A stretch of DNA of 64,000 bases from Chloropicon primus (taxonomy: Eukaryota): positions 868,001 through 932,000 of the forward strand of contig CP060755.1 in assembly GCA_023205875.1 (NCBI GenBank), given 5' to 3'. Under the pieces are notes generated by a model. The model did no database searches and had not been told where the DNA came from. It saw only the letters and a list, made by a program, of their open reading frames with translations. The position numbers and the translations under genes were made by a program. Shown piece after piece: positions 43,713 through 54,519 of the stretch; the first letter of the stretch is position 1, and every line of letters starts with the position of its first letter.

Positions 43713-44156
43713 GACGACGACGACGACAACGACGACGACGACGTCGTGGGTTCCCTCCCTTCTCCTTGTTCCTTCGACAAAAAAAACACGCTAGAGAGAG
43801 AGAGAGAGCGCTCTCCGTTCGGTCCCTTTCAATACCGACCACGCACGACGCCGACCCCACAACCGAGCGAGGAAAACAAGGTGACACCTCTGCCTCCTCC
43901 TCCCTCCCTCTCTCCCTTCGTCAGAGAAACGGCTTGAGCTCGGAGGAGAGGAGGAGGAGGCGACGTTGTGGCCAACGCGGCGAAGAGGACGACGCGACGG
44001 GGGAAGCGGGGTGAACGACGCTTCGTGGCACGGGGCATCGACTTCTTGTTGCATCGCCTCGCGCATCGCCTCGCGCATCGCGTCAGGAAGAAGGGGGTAG
44101 GACATTATTCAAGCCTTATCTTGTTGGAAGGGAATCAATCCGGAGAGTGGTGCAGG

Positions 44157-45686
44157 ATGGTGAGGTCCGTGATGGTGATGAGGGCGAGGCCGAGGGGAAT
44201 GAGGCGAGGAATGGTTGCGGAGGCGAGAAGGGAGGCGCGTGCCCAGGGGGCGACGACGTCTGGGAGGTACTCCTCGCGCGTCAGGCAAGCGGACTCCGAC
44301 CTCCTGCAATGGGCCAAGGAGAAAGGGGCGCAGCCCATGGACAACTTTACCTTGCGGGAGGACGAGGCCACTGGGGTGCGGGGCGTGTATACGAAGAGGG
44401 CGCTCGAGGCAGAATCGATCGTGTGCGAAGTCCCGAGGAAGCTCGCGCTCGAGGTCACAACGACAAAATCCAAGTGCCCGATCGATGAGATGGATCAGGA
44501 GTTTTGGAACAAGCTGGACTGGTGGGGGAAGCTGGCCTGCTTGCTCCTGGACGAAGTGAAAATGGGGAACGCGTCCACGCGAAAGTTCTACCTCGATGCC
44601 CTCCCGGAGGCCATCCCAACGCCCCTGCATTGGTCCCAGGAGCAGCTGAGCATGCTTCAGTACGAGCCCATCGTGGAGGAGATTGCGAAGCAGCGGGAGC
44701 TGTGGCACGGCCTGTACGACAGGTACTGCTCGGCGTGCGGCTCGGCGTCGCCGCCGTCGAGGGAAGTCTTCGTCCACGCGATCGAGTGCGTGAGGAGCAG
44801 GACCTTCAGTGGCCCGTACGAGGGCAGCAACTGGGAAACTAGGATCAAACAGTACGGGCTCGTTCTGGTCCTGGCTGTCTTGTACGTCTTGGGCGGGTTT
44901 GGTGAGGCCTACCAAGCTTTCAACGGGGTGGTGGCGGTCTTCTTGACGATTCTGTTCAGGGACCTCCTCGTGCAGAGGAACCCCAGGAGCATAAGGTACG
45001 TGCTTTGCCCCGTTCTGGACATGTTCAACCACAGGAGCGACGTGGAGAGCGATCCATCGTATGAATACTTCAGAAACACTTTCACCTTGACCCTAAGCAA
45101 GCGAGTGGAGGAGAACGAGGAGGTCTGCATCAATTACGGCAAAAGGGGCAACGACGAGTTGATGCAGTACTACGGATTCGTCGTCCCAGGCAACAAGTAC
45201 GACTCTTACACGATGTCAAACTTCGTGGACAAGGCCGCGGGTGCCTTGAAGAGCGGAGACTTTGCCGACGGCGCCAGCGAGGCGCTGATGTCCAAGCGCA
45301 GGAACATGCTCGGGGCGAACGACGTGTCGGGCGACAAGGTGGTGATCAGACCGAAAAAGAGGGGCCTGACGGACCGAACGCTGCAGACCCTGAGGGTTCT
45401 TGTGAGCACGGAAGAGGAGCTGAGCGGCAGGGCGGCCCTGCTTGACTTCAACAGCAAAGTCAGCGACGCGAACGAGGAGCGGGCGCTCAAGCTAATGTGC
45501 GAAGTCTGCGAGAACGAGCTGGCCGAGTGCCTGCCGACGACAGTGGGGGAGGACGAGAAGATGCTGGCAAACCTTTCGAACATGAAGAAAGACTTGGGCG
45601 ACGTTGAAGTCAAGATCCAGGCGCTTGAGTTTCGGATCGCCAAGAAGCGTGTTCTCGAGAAGTACATCGGTTTTCAGCAAGGTTGA
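44157..45686 (+). CDS. SET-domain lysine methyltransferase, Rubisco LSMT family, probably plastid
   Basis: VRSRTFSGPY, CPVLDMFNH and INYGKRGNDELMQYYGFV motifs; C-terminal substrate-binding domain. Confidence 0.88.
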   Translation: MVRSVMVMRARPRGMRRGMVAEARREARAQGATTSGRYSSRVRQADSDLLQWAKEKGAQPMDNFTLREDEATGVRGVYTKRALEAESIVCEVPRKLALEVTTTKSKCPIDEMDQEFWNKLDWWGKLACLLLDEVKMGNASTRKFYLDALPEAIPTPLHWSQEQLSMLQYEPIVEEIAKQRELWHGLYDRYCSACGSASPPSREVFVHAIECVRSRTFSGPYEGSNWETRIKQYGLVLVLAVLYVLGGFGEAYQAFNGVVAVFLTILFRDLLVQRNPRSIRYVLCPVLDMFNHRSDVESDPSYEYFRNTFTLTLSKRVEENEEVCINYGKRGNDELMQYYGFVVPGNKYDSYTMSNFVDKAAGALKSGDFADGASEALMSKRRNMLGANDVSGDKVVIRPKKRGLTDRTLQTLRVLVSTEEELSGRAALLDFNSKVSDANEERALKLMCEVCENELAECLPTTVGEDEKMLANLSNMKKDLGDVEVKIQALEFRIAKKRVLEKYIGFQQG

Positions 45687-45827
45687 TTTGCAATCGGGGT
45701 GGGCACCGGTTCCGATCTTTCTCTTGATCGTTGAGTACAATATTACAAGGCTTTGTTTCCGAATTCTTCTTCTGCTCGTTGTTTTTTGGAAGGTCTAAAC
45801 CCTCCCCCACACACATCCCGGCCGCCT

Positions 45828-46886
45828 TCAGATATCCCACAGCTGGTCGATGGTGTACCCCTCCTTGAGAGGCTCCATCGCCAGACCCAGGGCCGAGTTG
45901 TACTCTGGCTTCCTGTTGTTTCCCTTGTAGTCCTCCGCGTAGTAGGCCACGAAGGCGTCCTGGTTGTCTATGGACTGGAGTATCTCCACGTCGTCGTCTC
46001 CCTCAAGCATCGGCAGGCGGATCTGCTCCGGTTGCGTCTCCCTCTCGAGCACGACCCCCAGATTCGGCCGGGAGGAGTAGGCCGTCCACAGCGACCCGAG
46101 CTCGTTGTAAAGCTGCTTCAGCTTCTCCTTGGGGTCCAGGCGGAAGCCCAGGACGAACCCCCCGCCCTGCTTGTACACGTCCAGCACCAAAGCCGTCCCG
46201 AACTTGGAGTTCTTGATCCTGATGTTCTTGATCTGGATGAAAGGAATGCTCACGTTGAAGGTCGGGGCCAGGTTGGCGTACCAGATGACCCTCACGTTCG
46301 TGATCACGAACGTCCCGAGGTTCCCCGTCTCCCCGGACAGGTTCCACACCCCGTTCGTCTTGGAGTGCACCTCCTCCTCCGAGAGGAGCTTGAGCTTCTG
46401 GTCCTCCGCGAAGATGACTCCCCTGAGCTTCACCTCCCTGTACAGCCTCGAGCCCTGGTACGCCTTCACGAGGTCCCCCAGGGTCTGCAAGGCGACCTTG
46501 GTCCTCTCGCCCTCCGTCGTGAACACGAACTCGAACCGGTTGTTGTTGAACCGGGTCATCACCACGATCGAGCTCCCCTCCCCCTTGAGCAGGTAGGACT
46601 TGGTCTTGGTCGTGGACACGCTGACGATGCACCCCAAGCCTATGCTCAAGTTCACCCTGTTCGTCTTCGCGAGGTACCAGGTCACCCTGAGGTTCGTGAA
46701 CGTCAGCCTCCCCGGCGCCCCGTGGTTCCCCTTGTGGTCCTCCACCGGCGCCATTGTCTCGTACACGACCTCCCCGCCCCCCGGGTTGAGGCTCGCCGCG
46801 GCCACGTCGAACCTCACCTCCTTGTCCTGCCAAATGACCCCATCCTCAGATCCCCCCTTCCGAGCCCCGCCCCCCCCGCCCGTCAT
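45828..46886 (-). CDS. BBS5: Bardet-Biedl syndrome 5 protein (BBSome)
   Basis: WQDKEVRFD, VEDHKGNHG, TNLRVTW, GVWNLS...GNLGTFVITNVR, SKFGTALV and GFRLDP motifs. Confidence 0.96.
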   Translation of the reverse strand: MTGGGGGARKGGSEDGVIWQDKEVRFDVAAASLNPGGGEVVYETMAPVEDHKGNHGAPGRLTFTNLRVTWYLAKTNRVNLSIGLGCIVSVSTTKTKSYLLKGEGSSIVVMTRFNNNRFEFVFTTEGERTKVALQTLGDLVKAYQGSRLYREVKLRGVIFAEDQKLKLLSEEEVHSKTNGVWNLSGETGNLGTFVITNVRVIWYANLAPTFNVSIPFIQIKNIRIKNSKFGTALVLDVYKQGGGFVLGFRLDPKEKLKQLYNELGSLWTAYSSRPNLGVVLERETQPEQIRLPMLEGDDDVEILQSIDNQDAFVAYYAEDYKGNNRKPEYNSALGLAMEPLKEGYTIDQLWDI

Positions 46887-47344
46887 GACGAGGATGAAGG
46901 GATCGGCGGGTGGATGGCGCTGCTGCTACAAAGGCAGTGGCTTTCCCCCTCCCCAACCTCCTGCCCCTCACTCACCAGGGCGTCCCTCTGTGAACCTCAC
47001 CTTGGGAGGTGTCTGCCTTTGTCCGTCTGCGCGTCTCTCCCTCAGTCCCGCCTCAAACCTTTGGAGCGCCGGTCCACCGAAAGTGTATGCGGTTCCCTCT
47101 CCCGTCCCGCGTCGCCCGTTCCTCCCTCAGGACGAGAACACACACACAAAGCACCCCCAACCGAGCCCCAAGACCACCCTGGGTTCTCCCTGGCCGAATT
47201 TAAAAAAGAGTCTCCTCTTTTGCTTACACTCGTCACACGACCGAGCCGTTATGAATGAGATGTCAGCGGAGCGGACGGAGGGGCGACTAGAGGAGTCTGA
47301 CTTGAGTACTCTCGGCGCATTCATTGCGAGAAGGGGTGATGAGT

Positions 47345-48043
47345 ATGATGAGAGAGGGAGGGTATCCGACACCACCGTCCACGGCCAAGACAGGGGTGGC
47401 GCCCTGGTTCGCGCCCACGAGTCGGAGCGAGAAGGGTCTCACGCCCACGAGTCGGAGGGGGGAGCGAGGAGGCCAATGGGTGGTGTGGGCCGTGGGGGCC
47501 TGCCTGCTGTGCGTGATCACGGTCCTTCTGGCGGAGATTATCGTGATCCTCGCCCTCGCCGCGGGACCTGCGCTCTCTCTGACGGCCGAGATGAACGGCC
47601 TGGTCAGGAACATGAACGGGTTCCTGGCTGGTTCTTCGCAGGCGGGGTTCGCGACTCAGGCCGCCCCCTCCGCGAACCAGACGTCTTCGTCGCCGTCCAA
47701 CGCCACGGTGGTGGGCGAGGGGGCCGAGGACGCGCTCCTCGAGTGGTGCGAGGGGGCGGCCTGCCTGTCCGGCCAGAACTGCACGGAGGTCCTCACCCAC
47801 CTGGCTGAGGGAGTGGACCCCGCGACGGGCGCCCCGATCATCCCCCTGCCCCAGCCGTTCTGCAACAGCGTCAAGGTGATGAACGAGAACCTGTGCTTCT
47901 GCGGGGACGCCCACGCCGACTTCCCGGAGGAGGCCAGGGTGCTCCTGGACAACCTGGGTTTCGTCTCCATGCTGTGCTCGGGCTTTGGCCAGGAGAACAT
48001 CGGGCAGAGCGGTAGGTGCGCGGCGGGCGGGGGGAGGCCGTAG
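47345..48043 (+). CDS. Single-pass membrane protein with 8-Cys extracellular domain, unknown function
   Basis: Hydrophobic WVVWAVGACLL...LALAA segment; 8 Cys including a CFC motif; host-like codon usage. Confidence 0.6.
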   Translation: MMREGGYPTPPSTAKTGVAPWFAPTSRSEKGLTPTSRRGERGGQWVVWAVGACLLCVITVLLAEIIVILALAAGPALSLTAEMNGLVRNMNGFLAGSSQAGFATQAAPSANQTSSSPSNATVVGEGAEDALLEWCEGAACLSGQNCTEVLTHLAEGVDPATGAPIIPLPQPFCNSVKVMNENLCFCGDAHADFPEEARVLLDNLGFVSMLCSGFGQENIGQSGRCAAGGGRP

Positions 48044-48263
48044 GAGGAAGGGAAGGAAGGACCTGCTGCTTGCGAGCTTGGGGGGCTGGAAGGACTCCTC
48101 CCCCTCCCGCGGGCACTTCTTTCGTCGGTGCTTTTAGAAATGTGCGTGTGCGTGTAATGAATCAAAAAGTAAACCTTTCTTTCCTTTCTTTCTACCATTT
48201 CTAGCGCACGGGCACGGGCACGAGGGCGAGAGGACTCCGATGGGTTCCTCCTCCTCCCGCGGT

Positions 48264-49076
48264 TCAGTCGTCGTAGGTGCAGTCCAGGGTCAAGGCGCCG
48301 TAGGCGCCGGCGAACTCCCTGGCGCTGAACCCGACCTTGAGGTCGACCTCCCCGGCCCCGAGCCAGAAGAAGTCGGGCTCCAAGGCCGCGATCCTGTGGG
48401 ACAGGAGGACGGGGATCCGCGTCCTGGTGGCGATCGGGGTCACCGCGTTGTGGGAGAACCCCGTGATGGCGTCGCTCACCTCCTCGGGCGCGAGCCTGAA
48501 CTTGATCTTCTTCCTCGGGGTCTTCCCCCCCCGGGCCTCGTACACAAAGTCCCTGATCTTCTCCGCTTGGAGCTTGGACACGTACTGCACGATCACCATG
48601 ACGTACTTGGAGGACGCCCAGTCGTCGTCGCCCCCCTCGGGGAGGCCCCCCGGGAAGGTCCTGTCGTCCTTGGTGTTCTCCATCACCATGCTCTTGCACA
48701 GGTGGCTGGTGGACCACGCGCTCAGGCACCGGCGCCTGAACTCCAGGTCCCTGTCGTAGTAGTCCCCCGGGACGCGTTCCAGGCGGAACCCGGAGGGGAA
48801 CGCGGGCCCGAGCGCCGCGAGCTCGGCGTGGATCGTGGCCTCGTTCTCCGTCGCGTCCGGGGAAAGCGCAGGAGGAGGAGTCGCAGGAGGAGGAGTCGCA
48901 GGAGGAGTCGTGGAGGCCTCGCTGGCCTCGATCCGGTGCTCCAGGGCGTCCAGGGCGTCCAGGAGGTCGTCCTGCATGTGCGCAAGGTCCACCGCCCTCT
49001 CCACCCGCCCGACCCGGTCCAGGATCCCCTCCTGCCTCGCCTGGAGAAGAAGAGGAACCGTCATCGTCTCGTGCAA
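48264..49076 (-). CDS. YbaK/aminoacyl-tRNA synthetase-associated domain protein
   Basis: HLCKSMVMENT, KYVMVIVQY, TGFSHNAVTPI and FFWLGAGEVDLK motifs. Confidence 0.88.
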   Translation of the reverse strand: MHETMTVPLLLQARQEGILDRVGRVERAVDLAHMQDDLLDALDALEHRIEASEASTTPPATPPPATPPPALSPDATENEATIHAELAALGPAFPSGFRLERVPGDYYDRDLEFRRRCLSAWSTSHLCKSMVMENTKDDRTFPGGLPEGGDDDWASSKYVMVIVQYVSKLQAEKIRDFVYEARGGKTPRKKIKFRLAPEEVSDAITGFSHNAVTPIATRTRIPVLLSHRIAALEPDFFWLGAGEVDLKVGFSAREFAGAYGALTLDCTYDD

Positions 49077-49283
49077 AGATTACGAAAAGAGTACGAAGGC
49101 GAACGAACTGAGCCGTTGGTGGGCGGCTCGCCTGCTAGATCGAATCTCCTGAGGCACGCCGGGGAAACCGATCGCGATCACGATCACGATCACGATCACG
49201 ATCGATCGATCACTCCCACCTCTCCGCGCTCGCTCTCGTCGTGTCGTCCGTCGTCGCGTGTTGGCGAAGCGAAGCGGCTTGGG

Positions 49284-49318
49284 TTCGGTGCGGAGACGGT
49301 TACGGTCTCCGCACCGAA
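49284..49318. repeat. Perfect 14-bp inverted repeat with 7-nt spacer
   Basis: TTCGGTGCGGAGAC-ggttacg-GTCTCCGCACCGAA. Confidence 0.9.
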
Positions 49319-49413
49319 GATATTTTTGTAGCCGTAGTAAACCTGACTCGGAATTTTGTGTTCGGCGGGAGACGTGTTGCTTGACTGGGGATGTCTACTC
49401 TCGGTCCCAACTC

Positions 49414-49427
49414 TTTTCCCGCCAAAA
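49414..49427. promoter_or_regulatory. Two-sided E2F/DP binding-site match
   Basis: TTTTCCCGCCAAAA matches TTTSSCGS on both strands, upstream of the CDK-inhibitor gene. Confidence 0.5.
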
Positions 49428-49962
49428 CCCGGCAACAGTCGCAAACTCGATGGGGTGGGGCGTTTAGCACGGGGTAAACAACACGGTGCGAGTTTTTTAT
49501 TGCGGGGTTGAGAAATTTTGAGAAATTTTGAGAAAAATTGGGAAAATTACATGCGTTTTCTACTTCCTCGCTTTTTGTAATCCTCGGTCGTAGAAGGGCG
49601 ACCGAGTTACGACGCGGGGGGAAGAACACGAAGGGCTACTGGGCGAGGACGGAAACCCGACGACGGAGACGGAGACGCGAGAGAGAGAGAGGGGGGGGGC
49701 ACGCTTGACGACGAGGGAATACGGAGGCGAAGAGCGCGGTGGCTTTGCTTGGACTTTGCGGCGGAGGTTCCTCTCGGGCGACGAAACCTGCAGTCTGGAG
49801 ACTCATCCACAAAGTCTGTGGGCTTGTTTGGGGACTCAAAAGTTGTCTCGCGGGGGACGGAACCTTCGCATATTTTTTGGGTTTGGGCCACGGAATATTC
49901 TTGAGGTCTCTCTCTTTCGTGACTCTTTGACGAGAGCCTTGGGGGTACCGACAGAACACAGC

Positions 49963-50481
49963 ATGTCGACGACGAGGAGCATGAAGCTCTTCGCTCGGGT
50001 GGCGAAGCCGAAGCGGTCCTCGCCTTGCTCGAAGGCCGCCTCGTACCTCGGGCCCATCACCCGGGCGAAGGCGAAGGCGAGGGAGGTCGTGGACGAGCCG
50101 CCCTCGTGCTCGTACCACCACCAGGAGGCGTCCAGCTCCCAGTCCAGCGAGACGGGGGAGCACGCCAAGTTCCTGTCCCAGGACGAGTCGAGCTACGAGC
50201 TGGTGGAGGTGGAGGACACGACGACGGCGACGGCGGGGGAGCGGGCGACGACGGAGGAGGAGATCAGTGAGATCTACGCGGGGCGGCGGAAGAGGGCCAG
50301 GCGCAGGTCCCTGGCCGAGGAGGAGGACGCGCCCGCCGCGGACCGGATAACGATAACCAACTTTTTGGATAGGCTGAACGACAAGCTCAGCGCCAGGCAG
50401 GAGGAGGCCAGTCGGAGGTACAACTTTGACTTTGAGGCCGGAACTCCCCTGGAGGGGAAGATCAAGTGGTCGAGCGCCTGA
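49963..50481 (+). CDS. KRP/ICK-type cyclin-dependent kinase inhibitor
   Basis: C-terminal CDI domain RYNFDFEAGTPLEGKIKW; GPITRAKA motif. Confidence 0.82.
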   Translation: MSTTRSMKLFARVAKPKRSSPCSKAASYLGPITRAKAKAREVVDEPPSCSYHHQEASSSQSSETGEHAKFLSQDESSYELVEVEDTTTATAGERATTEEEISEIYAGRRKRARRRSLAEEEDAPAADRITITNFLDRLNDKLSARQEEASRRYNFDFEAGTPLEGKIKWSSA

Positions 50482-51192
50482 GAAGGACAGGCCGCGGACG
50501 ACGAGGAGGAGGAGGACGACGGGCGACCGACCGACCCCCCAAAAAACCAAAACCAAAACACAAAAACCTGTACTTGCATTTTTATGACTGTTTCCTTTTC
50601 GACAACGACGACGACGACGACGTGAAACCCAACCAACCACCACGAGGCTGGCGAAAGAAAAGAAGAGCTCGAGCGCAAACAACACCCTCCTTGCTCCCTC
50701 TCCCGCCCCCTCCCTTGGATCCCGAAGAAGCGCTCGTGGGGGGGGTCAACTCCCCCCGCCGTTTGTGGGCGTCGATCCATGCCGATTGTAGAAAACACGT
50801 GTTATTCCCCTTCACGTGCCCCCGGCGCGACCCAGCATCTTTTCTCCCTCTTCCTCTTCCTCTTCCTCCCCCCCCGCCTCTCTCTCTTAGTTTCAGTTAG
50901 CAATTCTCCTCCTCCTCCTCTCTCTGTTCAGCTCCAAAAAACTGACTCAAGACAGAAGGGAGGAAGCGGAGCGATTCGATCGTCGCAATCCCAATCCGTG
51001 CTGTGCTGTGCTGTGACGCTCTCTCCTCGCGCTCTCTCTCTCGGACTTGGTCTCGGTCGCGCACCAACAGAGGAGACACCGCGACCGCGACCGTGCCAAG
51101 GGTGGACTCGACTGACTCCTCAGGTGAGGTCCGCCACCACCACGAGCACGAAAGAAGAAGAAGGAGGGAGGAGGATTAGGATTATAGAGAGC

Positions 51193-52419
51193 ATGAAGGA
51201 GCGGAACGACGATGCGACGGAAAACTACCCACCGGGAGGCTCGGAATCGGGAGACTCGGACTCGGACTCGGACTCCGCGTCCTCCTCCTCCCCCACGCTG
51301 TTGTCCTCGATGATGACGTCCTTCATCTCGGACTTTCTGCAGACGTTCTCGGACCACCGGGGCAGCAGGCAGAAGCGGGGTCGCGGGCCCTCCTCCCCGT
51401 CCGCTCCGCCGGCGCCCGACGGCAACATCCACCACACGTCCTCGCTGGGGAGCTTCGAGCTCCTGGACCGGTACGACTGCTGCATGAGCGCCCACGAGTT
51501 CCGGGGGTTCAAGAACGAGGAGGGGAGGTTCCACAACGTCGTGGAGCTGAAGCAGCGCATCTTCGAGGGGGGGTGCAGGGTGGAGGCGAGGGAGGAGATC
51601 TACCCTTACCTGCTGGGCTACCTGCCCTTCGACTGCACGGCGGAGGAGAGGGAGGAGATCAGGAGGCTCAAGCGCAGGGAGTACAGGGAGCTCGGGAGCC
51701 TCGCCAAGAGGGAAGAGCCCAACAGGAAGGAGCTCTCCGTCCAGATCGACAAGGACATCATTCGGACGGACGCCTCCCACCCCTTCTTCAGGGGCAAGAG
51801 GTCGAACAGGAACGTCCAGAAGATGAGGAGGATCCTCCTGGCTTACGGCGCCCACAACTTCGAGTTGGGGTACTGCCAAGGGATGAGCGACCTCCTCGCG
51901 CCGCTCCTGTACACCGTCAAGGACGAGTCCGAGTGCTTCTGGTGCTTCGTCGGCCTCATGAGCAAGACGGAGAGGAGCTTCGACCAGGACCAGAGCGGGA
52001 TGCACACAATGCTCCTCGCCCTGAGCAAGCTCGTGAAACTCCTCGACCCCCAGCTCCACACCCACTTTGGGAAGCAGGACTGCAGGATACCTTACCTGTT
52101 CTGCTACAGGTGGCTCCTCCTGCACTTCAAGAGGGAGTTCGACTTCAGCGACTGCCTCAGGCTGTGGGAGGCCCTGTGGACCTGCCCGTTCTGCGACAAG
52201 CTGCAGATGTACGTCTGCGTCGCGGTCTTGCAGCAGTTCCGGAGCGAGATCATCGAGAAGTCCATGACTTTTGACGACATGGTCCTCTTCACCAACGACC
52301 TATCCTACAGGATCCCCCTGGAGGAGAGCATCCGGAACGCGGAGATCCTTTGCAAGTTTGCGGGGAAGAGGGGCAAGAGGATCCTCTCCGCCGTTCCGCC
52401 TGTACTCGAGTCGAAGTGA
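51193..52419 (+). CDS. Rab-GAP TBC domain protein, GYP7/TBC1D15-like
   Basis: IDKDIIRTD, GYCQGMSDLLAP and FCYRWLLLHFKREF motifs. Confidence 0.92.
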   Translation: MKERNDDATENYPPGGSESGDSDSDSDSASSSSPTLLSSMMTSFISDFLQTFSDHRGSRQKRGRGPSSPSAPPAPDGNIHHTSSLGSFELLDRYDCCMSAHEFRGFKNEEGRFHNVVELKQRIFEGGCRVEAREEIYPYLLGYLPFDCTAEEREEIRRLKRREYRELGSLAKREEPNRKELSVQIDKDIIRTDASHPFFRGKRSNRNVQKMRRILLAYGAHNFELGYCQGMSDLLAPLLYTVKDESECFWCFVGLMSKTERSFDQDQSGMHTMLLALSKLVKLLDPQLHTHFGKQDCRIPYLFCYRWLLLHFKREFDFSDCLRLWEALWTCPFCDKLQMYVCVAVLQQFRSEIIEKSMTFDDMVLFTNDLSYRIPLEESIRNAEILCKFAGKRGKRILSAVPPVLESK

Positions 52420-52467
52420 GACCAAACTAAACTAAACTAAACTAAACGTTTGTAAGTACTATTACAA

Positions 52468-52785
52468 TTTTGCAAGTGCCTGAGGCTCTTGGGGAATGCC
52501 ATGATTCTGGTCGTCCTCGGTCTGGTCGCACTGTCGTACTATCCCATAGTCGTGACGATCTACGGGCCGGCGATGTTCGACCAGAACATTTCCCCCGTCA
52601 AGGAAGTGGCCGCAATCTTCGTCGTGTCGAGCTTCCACGTCCTGGTGAGTTGCTTCTTCGAATACTGCTTCACGCGAAGGTGCAAAAGCACTGACGGTGC
52701 GTTCCTCGTTCTCTTTCTTTCCTCCGAAACAGGCTGCTCTGATGCTTTGGAGCTACTTCGCGGCGATTCTGACTTGCCCCCCACT
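52468..52785 (+). pseudogene. N-terminal fragment of a DHHC S-acyltransferase retaining its intron (52645-52732)
   Basis: FCKCLRLLGNAMILVVLGLVALSYYPIVV...YGP...FHVL|AALMLWSYFAAILTCP; no DHHC domain follows. Confidence 0.7.
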
Positions 52786-53073
52786 TTTCCTTCTGGACGA
52801 CAGATGCCGATTCCTCCGTTTAACGGTCGACTCCAATGGAAAGGGGAACGAAACGAAACACCGAGGAAGAGGAAAGGACAACACGAGAAGTCGGACCGAA
52901 TTCCCGTACCCAAGTCAACGCCAGCTTCTCGCTGCACGGGAGGAGAACCATAGGATCGCAGAACGACCGACGACGGCAAAGATCCCGATCCTCCAACCCA
53001 ATCCCACCCGCTCTCTCTTACCACCTTTACGATTCGATTGGACCATTGAGGATTGGACCTTGAGGAGAAGGGC

Positions 53074-54441
53074 ATGCCCACGCGAGTCGCGTTGCCGCAG
53101 AGAGATGACAAGTCGGTCTTTCAGGTTCCGCTGTCGGAGCTTTACGCGAGAGGGAACGGGGCGGCACCCCAAGTCTTGGTCGACATCATTAGGAAGCTGG
53201 ACAAATCGAAAGTCCATGCGGACAGAGTCTTCAAGGGCCCAATTAACGAAAACCTCGTGGAAATGTAGGTCAACAACCCGGTCGAAAGCACGGCCTCGAG
53301 TAGTGAACTGACTTCTCTCTCTCTCTCTCTTTCTCTCTTACTTTGTCTCAAACTTAGGTTCAAGGGCCTTTACGACGACGGGCATCGGCGGCCTCTATCG
53401 CGTTGCTTCGAAGTGTACACAGTCGCAGGACTCCTCAAGTCCTTCCTGATGGAACTCCCCAAGCCCCTGTTCACGGAAGAGCTTGTGCGGGCGCTCGTCG
53501 ACAAGGTGGACGCCTCCGACGCGGAGGGATCGATGATAGAGATCCAGAAACTCGTTCCCAAGATATCCATCTGCGAGCGCAGGACTTTGAGGTACATCAT
53601 GTTCTACCTCAACAGGTCGTGTCAGCAAAAGTCGGTGTGCTTGACGAACTCCTCGAGAAGAAGCGTGGCGAGGATCTTCGTCCCGATCTTGTTCAAAGCG
53701 GGCCACGATGGGGACGACATGTCCGCGAACACGAAAAAGTTGGAGAAAAGTTTGGAGCTCATGATCGAGAGGTGCGAGCAAGTGTTCTCCCCCTTCCCGG
53801 CGAGCCTTGACTTGGGCGGGAGCAGCCCGATGGGCAGCAGAAGCGCCCGGGCGGTGGAGCCCACGGCCGCTGGTAACGAGGAAGCGAGTGTGGTTGCCGA
53901 GGAGGCTGGGATTCGTGTGGAATCCATGATAGCAGACACGGTGGACTCCTTGTTCGCTGCCCCGACGACGACGTTGGACACGCTACGCCGCCTCGAAGCG
54001 GCGACGGAGGAAAGGCCCGTGTCCAAGCAGCACCAGAGTAGGCCAAACACGAAGAAGGGCGTGCTGAGAGAGTTCTCGCTGAACGTTGTCGAGCAGAAGA
54101 ACCCCGGCGTTCTGGAGAAGGAGCAGAGGATTGTCAAGCCGGCCACGAAGGCAAATTTCGCCAACCACCACAACCAGACGACGACGAATTTCGACGACAT
54201 GACCTTCCAGCAGCTGTTCAAGGAGAAGAAGAAGATCAAGAAGAAGATCAGGAACGCCGATTACAAGCTTGCCATCGAGCTCGGCCGGAAACCGACGCAG
54301 GTGGAGAAGGAGCCCCTGAGGCCGATGTATTCCAGGTACTGGAGGATCAAAAGGGCTTTGGACGGCAAGAACGAGAAGAGCAACGGAAGCGGAAACGAGG
54401 GGGCTCGATCCAACCAGGTGCTGGAGTTGCTCAAGTTCTAA
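53074..54441 (+). CDS. RhoGAP-domain protein with FAM13-like C-terminal motif (intron 53265-53357)
   Basis: VFQVPLSEL and VAGLLKSFLMELPKPLFT motifs; C-terminal EKKKIK...GRKPTQVEKEPLRPMYSRYWRIKRAL. Confidence 0.8.
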
Positions 54442-54519
54442 AGCGGGCTGAGGAAGCTCAAACTCGAACTGTAATTTATGGTGACAAAACTTATACAAAC
54501 AGTGCTATTATCTTCCTTT

